Positions 1 through 15,357 of a DNA stretch of 64,000 bases are shown here, in pieces. The notes beneath the pieces were generated by a model that did no database searches, was not told where the DNA came from, and worked only from the letters and a program-made list of their open reading frames with translations. Location: NCBI RefSeq assembly GCF_009914755.1, contig NC_060933.1, one strand, 5' to 3'. Source of the stretch: the human T2T-CHM13v2.0 reference genome, Homo sapiens. Each line of letters starts with the position of its first letter. Within the stretch, counting starts at the first letter, position 1. The translations under genes and the position numbers were made by a program.

Positions 1-504
1 GCCTAATATTTCAAAATAATCAGTTTACTGCTTCTAATCCAGGCAACCTAAACTTCAAGAGGGAAGGGGACTTGTAACAATGATTAACATTTTAGAAATC
101 TAAAAATTCACCATTTCCTTTGAATGAAACATCTCAAAAATAGTCACATGACTTTTTTTTTTTTTTAAAGAACAAAAGAACTCAATTTTATTCTAGGATT
201 TTACTGTTTAAGAACAGACTTTCTAAGATACTAGGAACAATAAAGTAAATTTAGTGACTCTGAATGAAATACAGAACTGCTTTCTGATCTCTATTTTAAT
301 AAAACAGAAGAGCTTTCAAATAAGTCATGTCTGTAAGTTGCTTATAAACTCTCTTTCATTAAAAACACACAGAGTACAGGAAATCACGGTGGCCAAAGAG
401 AAAATACATTTGCCTTTCAGATCCCATCAATTCTCCAGTTGTAGAAAATGTGAATATAACAGGAGGCAAGAGGGGAAAATGGTACCCAACAGACAAGGGT
501 GAAC

Positions 505-949
505 CCTGATTTGTATCAGTACTAATACTGCCACAATTTAAAGATGCCTATGGTTCAACAGCCAGCTCACAAAATTTCTGAACATTAGGCTGGGAGTCAT
601 GGCTCATGCCTGTAATCCCAGCACTTTAGGAGGCCAAGGTGGGGGTATCACTTGAGGCCAGGAGTTCAAGACCAGCCTGGCCAACATGGCGAAACCCTGT
701 CTCTACCAAAAAATACAAAATAGCCGGCGTGGTGGCTCACGCTTGTAGTTCTAACTACTCAAGAGGCTGTGGTGGAAGAATTACTTGAACGCAAGAGGTG
801 GAGGCTGCAGTGAGCCGAGATCGTGCCACTGCACTCCAGCCTGAGCAACAGAGTGGGACCCTATCTTTTTTTTAAAACAAACAAAAAAAAATTCCTGAAA
901 ATTTAACAATCACCTGGAGTCAGTGTGAGCAGGCCCCAGTACACCACTG
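505..949 (-). mobile_element. MER63-like hAT DNA transposon interrupted by an Alu
   Basis: Ends in CCAGTACACCACTG (terminal inverted repeat, TIR); internal AAATTCCTGAAAATTTAACAATC resembles MER63. Confidence 0.55.
588..890 (+). mobile_element. Alu (old J/S)
   Basis: Dimeric Alu; degenerate TSD AAAATTTCTGAACATT / AAAATTCCTGAAAATT. Confidence 0.9.
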
Positions 950-1001
950 CCAAGGCATTTAATTACTGGAGGGTCTGTATAGGAAGCAGGCCCGTAAGTA
1001 C

Positions 1002-1452
1002 TGTCAAAGACAAAAATCTAACAAATTGAGTTATAGATCCAATTGCCTTTTATTTGTGATTCATGAGGCAGGGCAGCCTCCATTCTACAAAATAGAATAA
1101 AAGTTCCCATGAGGCAATGGCAGAACAGTGGGTTTTAAAGTAAGGTAGAAACAAGAAAACAGGACAAGAGGAAAAAAAACTAATTGGTTAACAGGTTACA
1201 TCAGGCTTTGCGGGGGGGGTTGTTTTTTTGGCAAGGGTTAAAGCAGAGTAGACTTACTGAGCTGATTCAGGTAGACTGGAATCTCCTGCTTTCAGGAAAA
1301 ACCGGTCTGTTTTGGAATCCGTCTGCTTCCTTAATAAAGTTTCAATTTGATTATGTGGCATTTTGCAGGAGTGACTATATCAATTTAATCTGGTCTGCTG
1401 GGGATTTGAGCAGGAGCTCAGTCCAAAACAATGGCCTCCCATAATTTTAACA
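1002..1452 (-). mobile_element. ERV1-class solo LTR (subfamily not assigned)
   Basis: TG...CA termini, exact 4-bp TSD GTAC at 998-1001 and 1453-1456. Confidence 0.7.
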
Positions 1453-1565
1453 GTACAATGCAGGATCCTCCACCATCAGTATCCATGAACATCCACTGGC
1501 CAAGTCACTTCCTCCCAAGACAAAAATAAGCCTAGAAGCTCTTCTCTCAGAAAATGAACAAACTT

Positions 1566-1872
<307 letters not shown>

Positions 1873-1965
1873 AGAAAATGAACAAACTTTATGAGAAGAA
1901 CTAGTGAAAAGAGAGCCAGAAAGAAAGATGGAGGCCTCTGTGCAGTATCTGGTCCATAAACGCTC

Positions 1966-2263
1966 TTTTTTTTTTTTTTTTGAGACCGAGTTTCACTCTT
2001 GTCGCCCAGGCTGGAGTGCAAATGGCACGATCTCGGCTCATTGCAACCTCCGCCTCCTAAGTTCAAGTGATGCTCGTGCCTCAGCCTCCTGAGTAGCTGG
2101 GATTACAGGCACGTGCCACCACGCCTGGCTAATTTCTGTACTTCGAGTAGAGATGGGGGTTCACCATGTTGGCAAGGCTGGTCTCAAACTTCTGACCTCA
2201 GGTGATCTGCCCGCCTCAGGCTCCCAAAGTGTTAGGACTGCAGGCATGAGCCACTGTGCCTGC
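1966..2263 (-). mobile_element. AluS
   Basis: Full reverse Alu, TSD CATAAACGC. Confidence 0.9.
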
Positions 2264-2364
2264 CCATAAACGCATTTTGTTAGACATGCAAAAGGATTTT
2301 TCTCTCCCATCAAAGAGAAAAAGTTTCAAGAAAAGTTTTAATGTCAAAAACCTTAAAAGTAGGG

Positions 2365-2649
2365 GGCCAGGAACAGTGGCTCATGCCTGTAATCCCAGCA
2401 CTTCAGGAGGCCAAGGCGGGAGGATCACTTGAGTCAAGGAGTTCGAAACCAGTCTGGGAAACATGACGAAACAACACAAAACTTAGCCGGGCATGGTAGA
2501 GCCCATCCCTGCTACTCGGGAGGCTGAGGTGGGAGGATCACTTGAGCCCCGGAGGTCGAGGCTACAGACAGCTGAGATCGCACCACTGCACTCCAGCCTG
2601 GGCGACACAGGGAGACCCTCTCTCAAAGAAGGAAAAAAAAAAAAAAAAC
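2365..2649 (+). mobile_element. AluJ-like
   Basis: Diverged dimeric Alu, flanking ACCTTAAAA repeat. Confidence 0.85.
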
Positions 2650-2717
2650 ACCTTAAAACCAAAAGCCCAAGAGCTATTTTTCTAGACATGTAAAATCTTG
2701 GCTTCCCTTGAAAATAA

Positions 2718-3741
<1,024 letters not shown>

Positions 3742-6426
3742 GTAAGAAAGAAAAAAAAATACAGTAAATAAGAAATGTCCACAAGTTTCAAGATAGATGA
3801 ATCTTCTAAAAATTGGTCTTATTTGGCACATATAAAGAATATATTCATATACATGTAATAAAGCATAATCATAATAAACTCCAACACAATCACCACTCAA
3901 AGCTAGATCTAGGTCAGAACTAACACCTGTCTGCCACCGAGCTCTTCAACTATCCTTCCACCTGAATTCCAAACCAAAGATAACCATCCTTGTAAAGTCT
4001 GTGTGTGTGTGTATATGTTGATTTTATTACACACTTACACATCCCTAAACACAAACTGTTTAGCTTTGAATGCTATTAGTTTTATAAAAAATAAGTCATA
4101 CTTTCAAATCAACATTGTGTTTCAAAGATTTATCCATATTGGTACATGTGTGTATTATTCATTTATGTACACTGCTCTCTACTATCCAATTGTATAAATA
4201 TACCAAAATATTTTTCCATTCTCCTGTCATAGAAATTTGGTTGTTTTTCAGCTTTTTGCTATTAACAATGTTAAGTGTCCCTAGGACACATGTGCAAAAT
4301 GTCTGCAGAACAATGTGGTTTCAAATCCAAGTAGCAACCCATTCATGAGCTAGTCAAGATGAGGAATTTTTTTTAATGACACAGGGTAGTATCAAACTAG
4401 AGTGTACAGACAGAAGAACCATAACCTTTGATACTCTCCCACCCCTATGTGTTTACTGGGCCAGAGTGTAGATATATTTCTTACTACAGGTCCAATAAAA
4501 ACAGTCTTTAAGTTATCCCTCTATGTAAATACCCCTTAAAAAGTGAACTACCGAGTCTTATGGAATGTGGATATTCAAATTTGAAAGACAATATCAAATA
4601 CTTTTCCTAAGCAGTTACACCAGTTCAGCTCCCATTAGAAGTATAAATCTTCCTGCCTGGTAATCCACTTAACTCACTAACTCTTAGTAAGACCTGGCTT
4701 AAGAATTTTTGGCTAATCTGGTGGATGTAAAATGGCATCCCACTGTGGTCTTAATTGCAGGTCTATGACTACTACTGTGGCTGACCATCTTTTCCTATGT
4801 CTACCCTCACTCCTCTACCTCTGTGTGAAATGTTTTTCTGTCATGTCCTCTTGCTGACTTCAAGGCTGTACATATGTATGCATGTATTGATTCCTGTATG
4901 TACTTATCAATGCATACAAGAATCTTTGGCCACTATGTGTTTCAAATATTGTCTCCCAGTCTGTGTCTTTTCTTTCTACTTTATTTATAGTATGTTTTCA
5001 TGAATTGATGTTCTTAAGTTTAATTTGGTAAAATTGATCACTGTTTTCTTTTATGTGTCATATTTTATGTTTTAAGAAACTCTTCTCTCTGTTAAGATCA
5101 TTGAAGTTTTAGTTTCCACTTCTAAACATATTAAGTCTTTGCCATTCCCCAGCGATCTGCAATGCCACCTCTGTCACATATCAACTTCCCCACTTGGGTG
5201 GTCTTTTGGGGGTTCTATATTTCAACCCAATGGTATACTTATCTATCCGAAAGCGAATAATACACCGTCTTCATTTCTATGTCATTATAATAAATCTTGA
5301 GTGCTGAAATGGCAAGACGCTTCATTTTCTTCTTTATGAGTGTTTGGCTATTTGGGGGTCTCTTTTTGCTCATCAAGTCCCTCACAAAATCAATACTGAG
5401 AGTCTAGGTGTAATTACACTGAATTACACCATTTGTGAGAATCATCTTTTTAATACTCAATCTTCCTATTCAAGAGGATAATTTGTCTCCATTTATTTTT
5501 TTAAACATGTTACAATAAAGTTTTATAATTTCTCCAAATATGCTACATGTAGTCCTAGACTCATTTTTGTTCCTACTTTCCAGGGTATCCTTACTTGACA
5601 TCTTTTGTCTGTTGTTGGTATAAAGAAAGGCAATTGATTATTCTGAATATGGATCTCATTTCCAGCCATCTTGCAACACTCTTATTTCTAATAATTTATT
5701 GTTTCTTTTAGCTTTTTGATGGAGACAGCCATACCACATGAGAAGGACTCTGTTATTTCTTTTTCGGTCCTTATTTATTGTTGTTTCCTGCCTACTACAG
5801 AAACCAGGATTTACAGAATAATATAGAACAGAGGTGGTGACAGTGGGTCCTCTTGCCTTGTTCCTGATTTTAGGAGATGACTTCTAATATTTTATTGTTA
5901 AGAAAGAGATACCTTTCGTCAGGCTAAGGAAGTTTCCTTCTATTCCTAGTTTGCTGAGAACATTTTCCATGAATACATGTTGATATTTCTCAAATGCTTT
6001 TTCCTCAATCTACTGAGATACACATATGACTTTATTTTCATTGGCTAACATCATGAGTTAAAATTTAATATTTTCCAGTGGAAACCACCATTGCCTTCCT
6101 GGGAAAGCCCAATTTGGTCTTTTGTTACAATCTGCTGGATTTCATGTATGCTCACAAGTGAGGCTGTCTCCTCCTATTCCTTTCTTCCATTGTTTCTCTC
6201 GGATTTAGGTATAAAGATTACACTAGTCTGAAATAATGAGTTAGGAGTAAACTCTCACTTTACTATCCTGTGGAACTGTCTGTATAAGATTGTAAGAATC
6301 TGTTCCTTATGCATTGGGTAAAACATCTTAAAAGTAAATCTCTATCATCAAAAAACTGGGTCTGGTGCTTTCTCTGTGAAAAAGTTTACTATAAGAATTG
6401 GTTGATCACTTCAGTGATTATATGAC

Positions 6427-7120
6427 TGTAACCAAGCAGCTTAGCTTCAAACTGCTTTTAGAAATTTTTTTTCCTTTCCTCTTTTCATCCCAGTCTCAAG
6501 ACACAGCTTTGAGACAAACTACAGATGTGTTTTCTTTTGTCTCTAAATACAGCCTTGGAATGTGCTTTAAAACTCCACTCCCCTCCCTTTCCCACCTTAT
6601 GCTTTCATGCCTGATGCACATGTATTTACCTGGATGTTTGTTAAGCTCACACCATGCTCACTTATCTGGTCCTATGTTTCCTTAGAAGCTTCAGGGGCCA
6701 AATCCTGATGCAAACCAGGCACCTCCAGAATTCTCTCCCGAGCAGGATATTACTTCAAGGCCAGAGTTACTCCCGGCTAGAGACTGACAGCAAGACTGAC
6801 TGCGACTGATTTGGCATGGTTGGGCCCAAGATGGTGCTGGCCCCTTCACCAGATGGAACAATAATTCAGGATAAGCCATAGGAGCAAGTCATGCCATTGG
6901 GCACCTCCCAGCCCCCTTGCCTCTCCTGCATTCCAAATCCCTCTTCTTAAACCCCTGCACTCTCCAGAAATTGGAAAGTGGCAGTTTTGGGAAAGGATTC
7001 TGTCCACTTTCCCCCTTGCTGGCAACAATTAATAAAATTCACACTCTTTATCATACCTCACTCTTGTTATTTTGGCTTCTTTCTACAAGCGGCGAGAAGT
7101 TGGACCCTCTTTTGGTTACA
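6427..7120 (+). mobile_element. ERV1-class solo LTR (subfamily not assigned)
   Basis: TGTAACC...GGTTACA terminal inverted repeat, AATAAA at 7031, exact TSD TGAC. Confidence 0.8.
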
Positions 7121-7493
7121 TGACTATTCCAGCCCATGATTTCTTCTTGAGACAGAAGTTTCATATTTATTGGCATAAAGTTTTTTCCCAGTATTTTCTT
7201 ATTATCTTTATAATCTCTCCTGTATCTATAATCACACCTTTTTTTCATTTGTAATACGTATTGTTAAAACACTTTTTACTCCACTGTAAAGAGCACGGCC
7301 TTGTGTTGACCCTAGGCACTGCATCTCTGTCTTCCATTTTACTCATTTCTGTTCCTTGTATTGTTGCTTTAGTTCAACATTCTTTGAACTTAAAACTTTT
7401 AAAAATCTTTTTAAGGTAATGCTTAGCTATTTATCATCAATGACATCTCCTTGCTAACTTATGGATTTAATGTTGTAAATTCCCCTCAAGTAC

Positions 7494-8236
7494 TGTTACA
7501 GTAGGTAGCTAATCAGACACGAGCAGAGTTGGAAAGGGCTCCCCACAAAATACACACACCAGGAATGTCAGGTGACCATGTAATTGTCAGGCGGCTGTTA
7601 ACTGTCTCTCTAAAATAATAATTGGTCACAGCCAACACCAGAGAAAGGCAGTCTCCTCGAAATATCAGGTATTTCCAGATAGAAATACCTGAAACTGGTG
7701 ATCAGCAGCTTCCTGATAAGATCTCAGGAGCTGGGCAAGTGCAGTTGAGCATGAGCACTGAGGCAAAATGGCGGATGACGTCCCTCTAGGAACACGGGGC
7801 TGCAAAGTGGGAAGGTGCCTCAAGTAGGCAGGCCTGCAACTTAGTAAACACACTGCACGTGCAGCCCCTCCCAAGGGCTGGCAGGCCACTGCGCATGCAG
7901 ACAGCCCACCCCAAGGGAAGAATCACAGGAGAAGCAACAGAAGACCCCAGAAGAATGCCAACATATAAAACCCCAATTCAAAAGGTCAAACGGTGCGCCT
8001 GATCTCTCAAGTCGTCTACTTGATCCTTGTGCAAGTTCCTCTCCTTCCTGCTCTAGAGCTCTTTAACAAACTTTCACTCCTGCTCTAAAACTTGCCCCAG
8101 TGTCTCCTCCAGCCTTATGCCCCTGGGTCGAATTCTTTCTTCTGAGGAGGCAAGAACTGAGATTGCTACAGACCTGTACAGATTCACTGATGCTAACATA
8201 CTTGTGCTGCATGACATGGATACATCACAGCTAACA
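7494..8236 (+). mobile_element. MER50 solo LTR
   Basis: MER50-like sequence (CTGTCTCTCTAAAATAATAATTGGTC, GAGGCAAAATGGCGG, TATAAAACCCC); TSD GTAC. Confidence 0.85.
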
Positions 8237-8407
8237 GTACCACTTTAATCAAATCTCATATATTTGGACATATGGTAATTGTATAATCATTCAGTTTTAG
8301 TATTCTTTTCCATTATAGTTTCTTCTTTGACCCATGAGCTGTTCAGTATTCTCAGTTTACAAATATACGGTTTTAGAATCTGTACGTATGCATATCTTGT
8401 TTCTAAC

Positions 8408-8831
8408 TGTTAAAGCAAACTAAATACGGCCTTAGAAAGACTCTGTACTTCTATACTTGTGGATGAACTGCAACCTAACTTAATAGGTAGAAAAGACAGA
8501 AAACCTAACTTAGGAGTATGCCCTGTGACAGTACCTGAGGCTTGGCCAATCCCAGCAGCCATACTTCAACCACTCATACACTGCCCAGTGTTCAAACTGT
8601 GTTAAAATAAGACAAACGCTGAGCTGTAACCAATCCAGCTGTTTCTGCACCTCGCTTCTGATTTCTGTATGTCACTTCCTTCTTTTTTGTCTATAAATTT
8701 GTTCTGACCACAAGGCATCCCTGGAGTCTCTCTGAATGTACTGTGATTCTGGGGACTGCCCGATTCATAAATCGTTCACTGGTCTATTAAACTCCTTTAA
8801 ACTTAATTTGGCTGAAGTTTTTCTTTTAACA
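8408..8831 (+). mobile_element. MER57-family solo LTR
   Basis: TGTTAAAGCAAACTAAATA...TTTTAACA, two CCAAT boxes, TATAAA; TSD TAAC. Confidence 0.85.
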
Positions 8832-9809
8832 TAACTTAATTCCACCGTGGACAGAAAATATGGTCTCTATACACCAATTTTCTGAAATTTAACAGAGACC
8901 TTAGGGTCCTGCACGTGACCCATATCTTTAAACATTTCTTGTGTTCATGAGAATACATAAGTTGGGGTTGAGTCTATTAAACCAAACTTGATAATTATGT
9001 TGTTCAAATCACTAAAAAATTTTTATTAACTTTTGTCTTTTTGACCTCATGGTAAATTGAGGGAGATGGGTTGATAATTTTGTCAGTGATGACAAATTAC
9101 CAATTTATCCATATCATTTTATGTGTGTATCTTGAGACTTTTGTTTTTAAGTGCATACAAGTTTAAGGGTATGTTTCTTGAAAAATTGAATCTTTTATCA
9201 CATGCAGCAACTCTCTCTCTAGTAATGCTTTTTATTTTGAAATGTATTTTGACCAATATCAATACTGATATATCTTTTTTTGGCTAGTAATCTTCAGGTA
9301 CAAAAAGAGGTATCCCAGATGTGGCTATTTTTAACAATATTCAGCTGATGTCAATTATTTAGTCAAATCTGAACATCTATGTCTTTAAACCGCAAGTTTA
9401 ATCAACTAACATTAATAGTGAGTACTTGACTTATTTCAACATCTTACTATTCAAGATGTTCTAAGTTTATGCTATTTTTTCTCTTTACATTTTTTTAAGA
9501 TTGGATGAACTTATCTTTGGTTTTTGTTTTGTTTTTTCTTGAACTGTTTTGTTTTGTTTTCTTTGAATTTTATCAAGAATACAAAACCCCCAGATGCAAT
9601 ATTTTAAACTCCCTATCAAAGCGAAGACCTTAAAATTAAAAGCTTTATGACTCCAAAAAGCAAAACCCAATGACAAAGGTATAAGCCAAGCATGCATCAA
9701 GTTGTTCAAATTAGAACTGAAGTGAGATTTCTTGAATAAATATAGAGGAATTAACTCCAAACAACAGGAAAAATGAAGATAGGAGACAAATGACATTCAA
9801 AGAAAAATC

Positions 9810-10112
9810 AGACCCACTGCCTGTTTTAGTACAAACCTGTGAGCTAAGAATGGTTTTTACATTTTTAAATGCCTGGGGAAAAAAATCAAAATAAAAAATT
9901 GTTTCAAAATGCATAAAAATCAAATGAAATTCAAATTTGGGTATGCATAAATAAAGCTGTATTGGAACAGAGCCACACACATTTGTTGATACATCATCTA
10001 TGGTTGCTTTCATACTATAAAGTCAGAGTTGTATAGCTGCAACAGAGACCATATGGCACCATAAAACCTACAATATTTACTATATGACCCTTCAAGATAA
10101 AGCCTGCCTGCC
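9810..10112 (+). mobile_element. MER58-like hAT-Charlie MITE
   Basis: TGAGCTAAGAATGGTTTTTACATTTTTAAATG and AATAAAGCTGTATTGGAACAGAGCCAC motifs. Confidence 0.65.
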
Positions 10113-11484
10113 TGTGATTTTTAACATATTAAATGAGTGGATTCTATTAAGATACTATTAAGATACTTAGTTTCCATATGTCCTTCAAAATGTCTGGAAT
10201 CATCACAGTAAGTCTACTGTAATGTTATAATAAAAAGTATCATTAATAAATATGGAGGAACTCCCAAGAAAAAATGGAGATAAGAACTAGCCCAGAAAAG
10301 AAAAGCTATAGCTACAATCACAAAAAAGAAAATGACATTGCAAAGACAGAAAGAGTTCCAGAAAAATCCCAATTTCAGAATCCACAGAACAGAAAGACAC
10401 TCTGGAACAAACATCAAGGTAATTTGAACAATGAAACCAATCTTAGCCACCCCCTTGCATATATATAAACTTACAGGTAGCATCAACTTTTACTTCTAAA
10501 ATCAAGCTCTCTGACCAACTTCTAAACAAAGTTCATGCTCTGTGTCAGAAGGTACATAAACATGAGGCTGAAGCTGGGGAGAGAAGCAGGGCCTAAAACA
10601 ATACCAGCACAGAATGAGAAGAGGCAGAATAGACAGCTAAGCCAAAGACATTATAGAAATCAAAACACGTATTTTTTAAATTTTAATTCTAAGAAAGTGA
10701 GAAAACAGTAACAAAACCACAGAAGATGCAAAAAGGTGTCAAATGGTCAAATTCTACAATTCTTTCAAGTAAAATGATTTGTTCTGTATATAGCATAGAA
10801 AAACATGGAAAGCTTTTCACCTCATTCTATGAAGACAAATAACCTTCACACCAAACCAAAAAAGAATAACACAAAACAAAATTAAAAGCTCAATCTCCTT
10901 TATGATTCTACCAAAAGCATTTTATTGAATCCAGCAATATATTTTAAAAACCAACACCACCCCTAACCACAATGACCAGACAGAGCTTATTCTAGTAATG
11001 TATGGCCACCGCAGCATTAGTAAATCTATTAACACAACTCAGTATAATAAAGGCTAAATAAGGCAAACGCTAACATACATCAATTATAATCCCGATGCAT
11101 ATTTTAAAAGCATTTGACAAACTTTAATACTTATTCTTGATTAAAAACAGAAATAATCTCCTAACAAGTTGAAATAGAAGAGAACTGCCTGAATATCATA
11201 ATTACTGGCAAAATATTAAAGGCACCCACCAAAGTCAAAGAAAGATAAGGATGATCACGCTCACCTTAACAAATGAATACTCTATGAGGGCCTGAACCAA
11301 TATGAAAAAATATGAATATGTAAGGTTAAAATGTTGGGGGAGGAGATAAAAACTGCATTACTTATAGGTAATTACCTATATTGTACTTTTCAACTGAAAA
11401 CACAAGAAAATTAAAGAAGAATTAACACAAGTAATTATCCAGCTGACATGATATAAAATAAGCACATAAAAGTTATTAACTTTT

Positions 11485-11841
<357 letters not shown>

Positions 11842-12362
11842 TCAAAGGAATAAATGCTATAAAATAGCTAGGAATATATTTGAGGGGGAAAAAAAGATAT
11901 AAGACCAAGAAAAGTATAAAACTTCCTTGAAAGACATTAAAAAAATGAATGACCCCAGAAAATACGAGCCATGCACACTATGGATAGAAAGATTTACTAT
12001 CATAAAAATGTCAAAATTTTCTTAACAAAATTTATAAAATTCCAATCACAGTTGCAATACAGAAATTTTTCCTCTTTGCCTTAAAAAAATAATTCTAAAT
12101 TCATTTGGAAAAACTGATGTGCGAGAATCAACAGAGAAAACCTTCAAGGAAAAAGAATAATAAAGAGAACCTAGCATCATCTAGATATTAAAAGTTTTAA
12201 ATTTAAAGATACTGGAATCAAATTAAGCACATTAGAGGACAATATCTATAACACATTTAAACACAAAGAATATAAAAATGCCTTTTAAATAAACAAGTAG
12301 TTATTAAATAATCCTATAAAAGGAGGATGAAGATGTGAAAGGCAATTTACAAATGAAGAAAA

Positions 12363-12702
12363 GGCTGAGTAATGTGGCTCATGCATGTAATCCCAACACT
12401 GTGGGAAGACGAGGGAGGAGGATCGCTTGAGGCAGGAGTTCAAGATCAGCCAGGGCATCACAGTGAGACCCCCATCTCTACAAGAAAATTAAAAATCAGC
12501 CAGGCCTGATGGTTCACACCTGTAGTCCTAACCACTTAGGAGGCTGAGGCAGGAGGATCTCTTGAGCCCAGGAGTTGGAGGTTACAGTGAGCTATTATCA
12601 TGCCACTGCATTCCAGCCTGGGTGATAAAGTGAGACCCTGTCTCTAGAAAAAATCAAAAATTAAAAAAAAAAAAAAACTAAAACCAAATAAAAAAAAAAA
12701 AA
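12363..12702 (+). mobile_element. AluJ
   Basis: TTGAGCCCAGGAG / GAGCTATTATC J-type features, degenerate tail. Confidence 0.85.
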
Positions 12703-13448
12703 GAAAGCCAAATCTCATTTGAAAAGATAAAACATCACATAAGCATTTGGGGCAATACAAATTAAAATGTTGAGTTTTTTTTTTTTTAACCTAGGCAAAC
12801 TTCAAAAATAGCAACATTATATGCTGGCAGGAATGTGAGGAAACATATACTGTCTTTAACCGATGGGAATATAATTTTGTAGAATTTATTAATACTAAAA
12901 TATAAAATGAACAAATGATAACTGGAACAGCGATTCCCTGTTTAAGAATCTATGCTTATGTACAAGGGTATTCACTACCTTATTATAAATAACATAAACA
13001 GAGGAAAAAAATGTTCATTAATGAAGAAATAATATAAAATTTTGGATAAGACTGGATTAATATACAGCAGTAAATTAAAAATAAAATAAATTGATAGTTA
13101 CTGTAAGTCTTAAAAAAGTATGATCCTGTATATTTAAAAAACAAAGGAATCCCAAACGTATGTTTGCATGTATATAGTTAAATATAGATATTGTAAGTCA
13201 AAGGCTTATGGCAAATTATTATTGTTGTCTAATAAATAAATACCTTCATATTTTATCATACATAAGACATCTGTAATTATTAAATATTTTACATAATTTT
13301 TCAAATTAAATATATTAAGTGTCACGTTAAACAGCTATAGGTCATGATTATCTAATTATATAAATATTTAACCAATGCTTATATATAATGTGTAACTTTT
13401 TAAATGTGACATTTAAGAACCCCTTCGGCATGCTGAAAGAAGAACTTA

Positions 13449-13562
<114 letters not shown>

Positions 13563-13756
13563 TTACAAATATAATCTAGTTGTAAACAAAATTTTAAGGC
13601 AAAGAATTGAAAATTTACTTAAGATTAGTATACAACTTCAAGATCAGCCTAATTCATCTTTTAATAGAATGACATTACCTCAGTTTTCCTTCCCAATGAC
13701 CATGTTCAACAAGAATAAAGTATTTGTCTATTCATACGTCTACCATGTGCTTAAAG

Positions 13757-14105
13757 CGGTGCTTCTCCAGCTTTCCAGTCTCAGGCCCCTTCACGCTCTT
13801 AAAGGAAGACACTATAGTTGGCATCTACTGATCTATAGTTACTCTATTAGAAATCAAAACTAAGAAATTGTTTAAATGTTTATTCATTTAAAAATACAAA
13901 TGAACCCATTAATGTTAACATAAATAATGACAAATTGGTGACACCACCTTGCTGCTTTGCAAGGTGCTGTCAGTTTATCCACCACTGCTTTTGCAGTGTA
14001 TTAGCACAAATGCCAACCCAGTAAAAAGGGCAGATTACACTTTGGTCAGTCCTTTTGACTTCATGGATGCCTGCCTTGGGGACTGTCAACCACAAGGGAG
14101 AAGCA
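13757..14105 (+). mobile_element. hAT-Charlie-type DNA transposon relic
   Basis: CGGTGCTTCTCCAGCTTT...GTCTCAGGCCCCTTCACGCTCTTAAA left end, GGGAGAAGCA right end. Confidence 0.45.
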
Positions 14106-15357
14106 TAGATTTAAAGTATGAACAAACTGATGATTTCATAATTATGACTTTAGCACAGAATCGTAACTTTGGAACAGAGAAAAATAAACACATGGAATTC
14201 CTTAAGGGATAATTAACTCTGAGAACAAAGAAGATCTTTAGCAAAATTAACAATCTGAAAAAAGATGGGTCCCCAATTAAACAAACAGACGAACAACAAA
14301 GTAAAATTACAGTATAGAAGGCATACACTCAGCTATTTACCCTTATTAGTCTATTACAAATCAATCATGCTGATACATAATATAAGTAAGGGCTAGGGCA
14401 GGGGCATTCTGATCTCACACACTTCCAGGGGAGTGAGAACCTCAGTTGACAAAGCACATATCCCAGCATCCATCAGATCTTAGATATGTATACCCTAGAA
14501 AATCTCTCAAATACCCAAGAAAATATGTACAATAAAATTCAAGGGAGCATACAAAGACTAGCAAAAAAATGGATATAACCTAAATATCCATCCATAGGAG
14601 AATTAATAAAACAAGGACATAATTATAAATAGAATGTTACCTGTATAAGCATGAAGGTGAAAGAATTAAGAGTAAATACAGATAAATCCAATGAATAATA
14701 TTATTGAAAAAGTATTAATTACAGAAAGATACACAGGATAATGAACACAAATTTTAAAAACAATAATGCTATTCAGGGATATAAAACACACAGAAATGAT
14801 AAATTCAATTGGTGGTTATGGGGGCTGGAGTATGACTGGCAATGGGTACACAGAGGACTTCAATTTTATTTGTAATATTGTATTGCTTAGGTTGGGTGGT
14901 GGGTGCTAAATATGCAAGTCTTTAAATGTTTTGGAATGCCTGATACATGTCTTTGTAATTAATTTTTCCATGAAGAATTAATATGTAACAAAGAAAAATG
15001 TTGGCAGAACCAAAAACAAATAACTGGCTTAACTTGGTGCCAAACTGTTCTTTGAGGCCCAGTATTTCTCAGTTCCATTACTTCATAAATTTAAATATTT
15101 TACATTTATGACCACTCATCTCAAGTGGGCCATTCTGCTGCCCAGCAATCCTACTGTATTTCCTGAGTTCATTCACTCTCCTACTCACATATAGACCACT
15201 TCACAACTTCCCTCTCCACGAATCTTAAAACCTCCTATCAATCCTACGAAAAGCCAGAAAAGACATTCTACCAGTACTTACCACCAAAGCTATCCATCCA
15301 GGACTTGAACCTATATACTCCGCCCTGCCTCCTGTTACCATGAATGAACTAACTCAT

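Larger units (their letters stand above)
4600..9560 (-). mobile_element. Ancient L1M fragments hosting three LTR insertions
   Basis: T-rich L1 antisense motifs, e.g. AGGAAGTTTCCTTCTATTCCTAGTTTGCTGAGA at about 5928; boundaries approximate. Confidence 0.6.
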
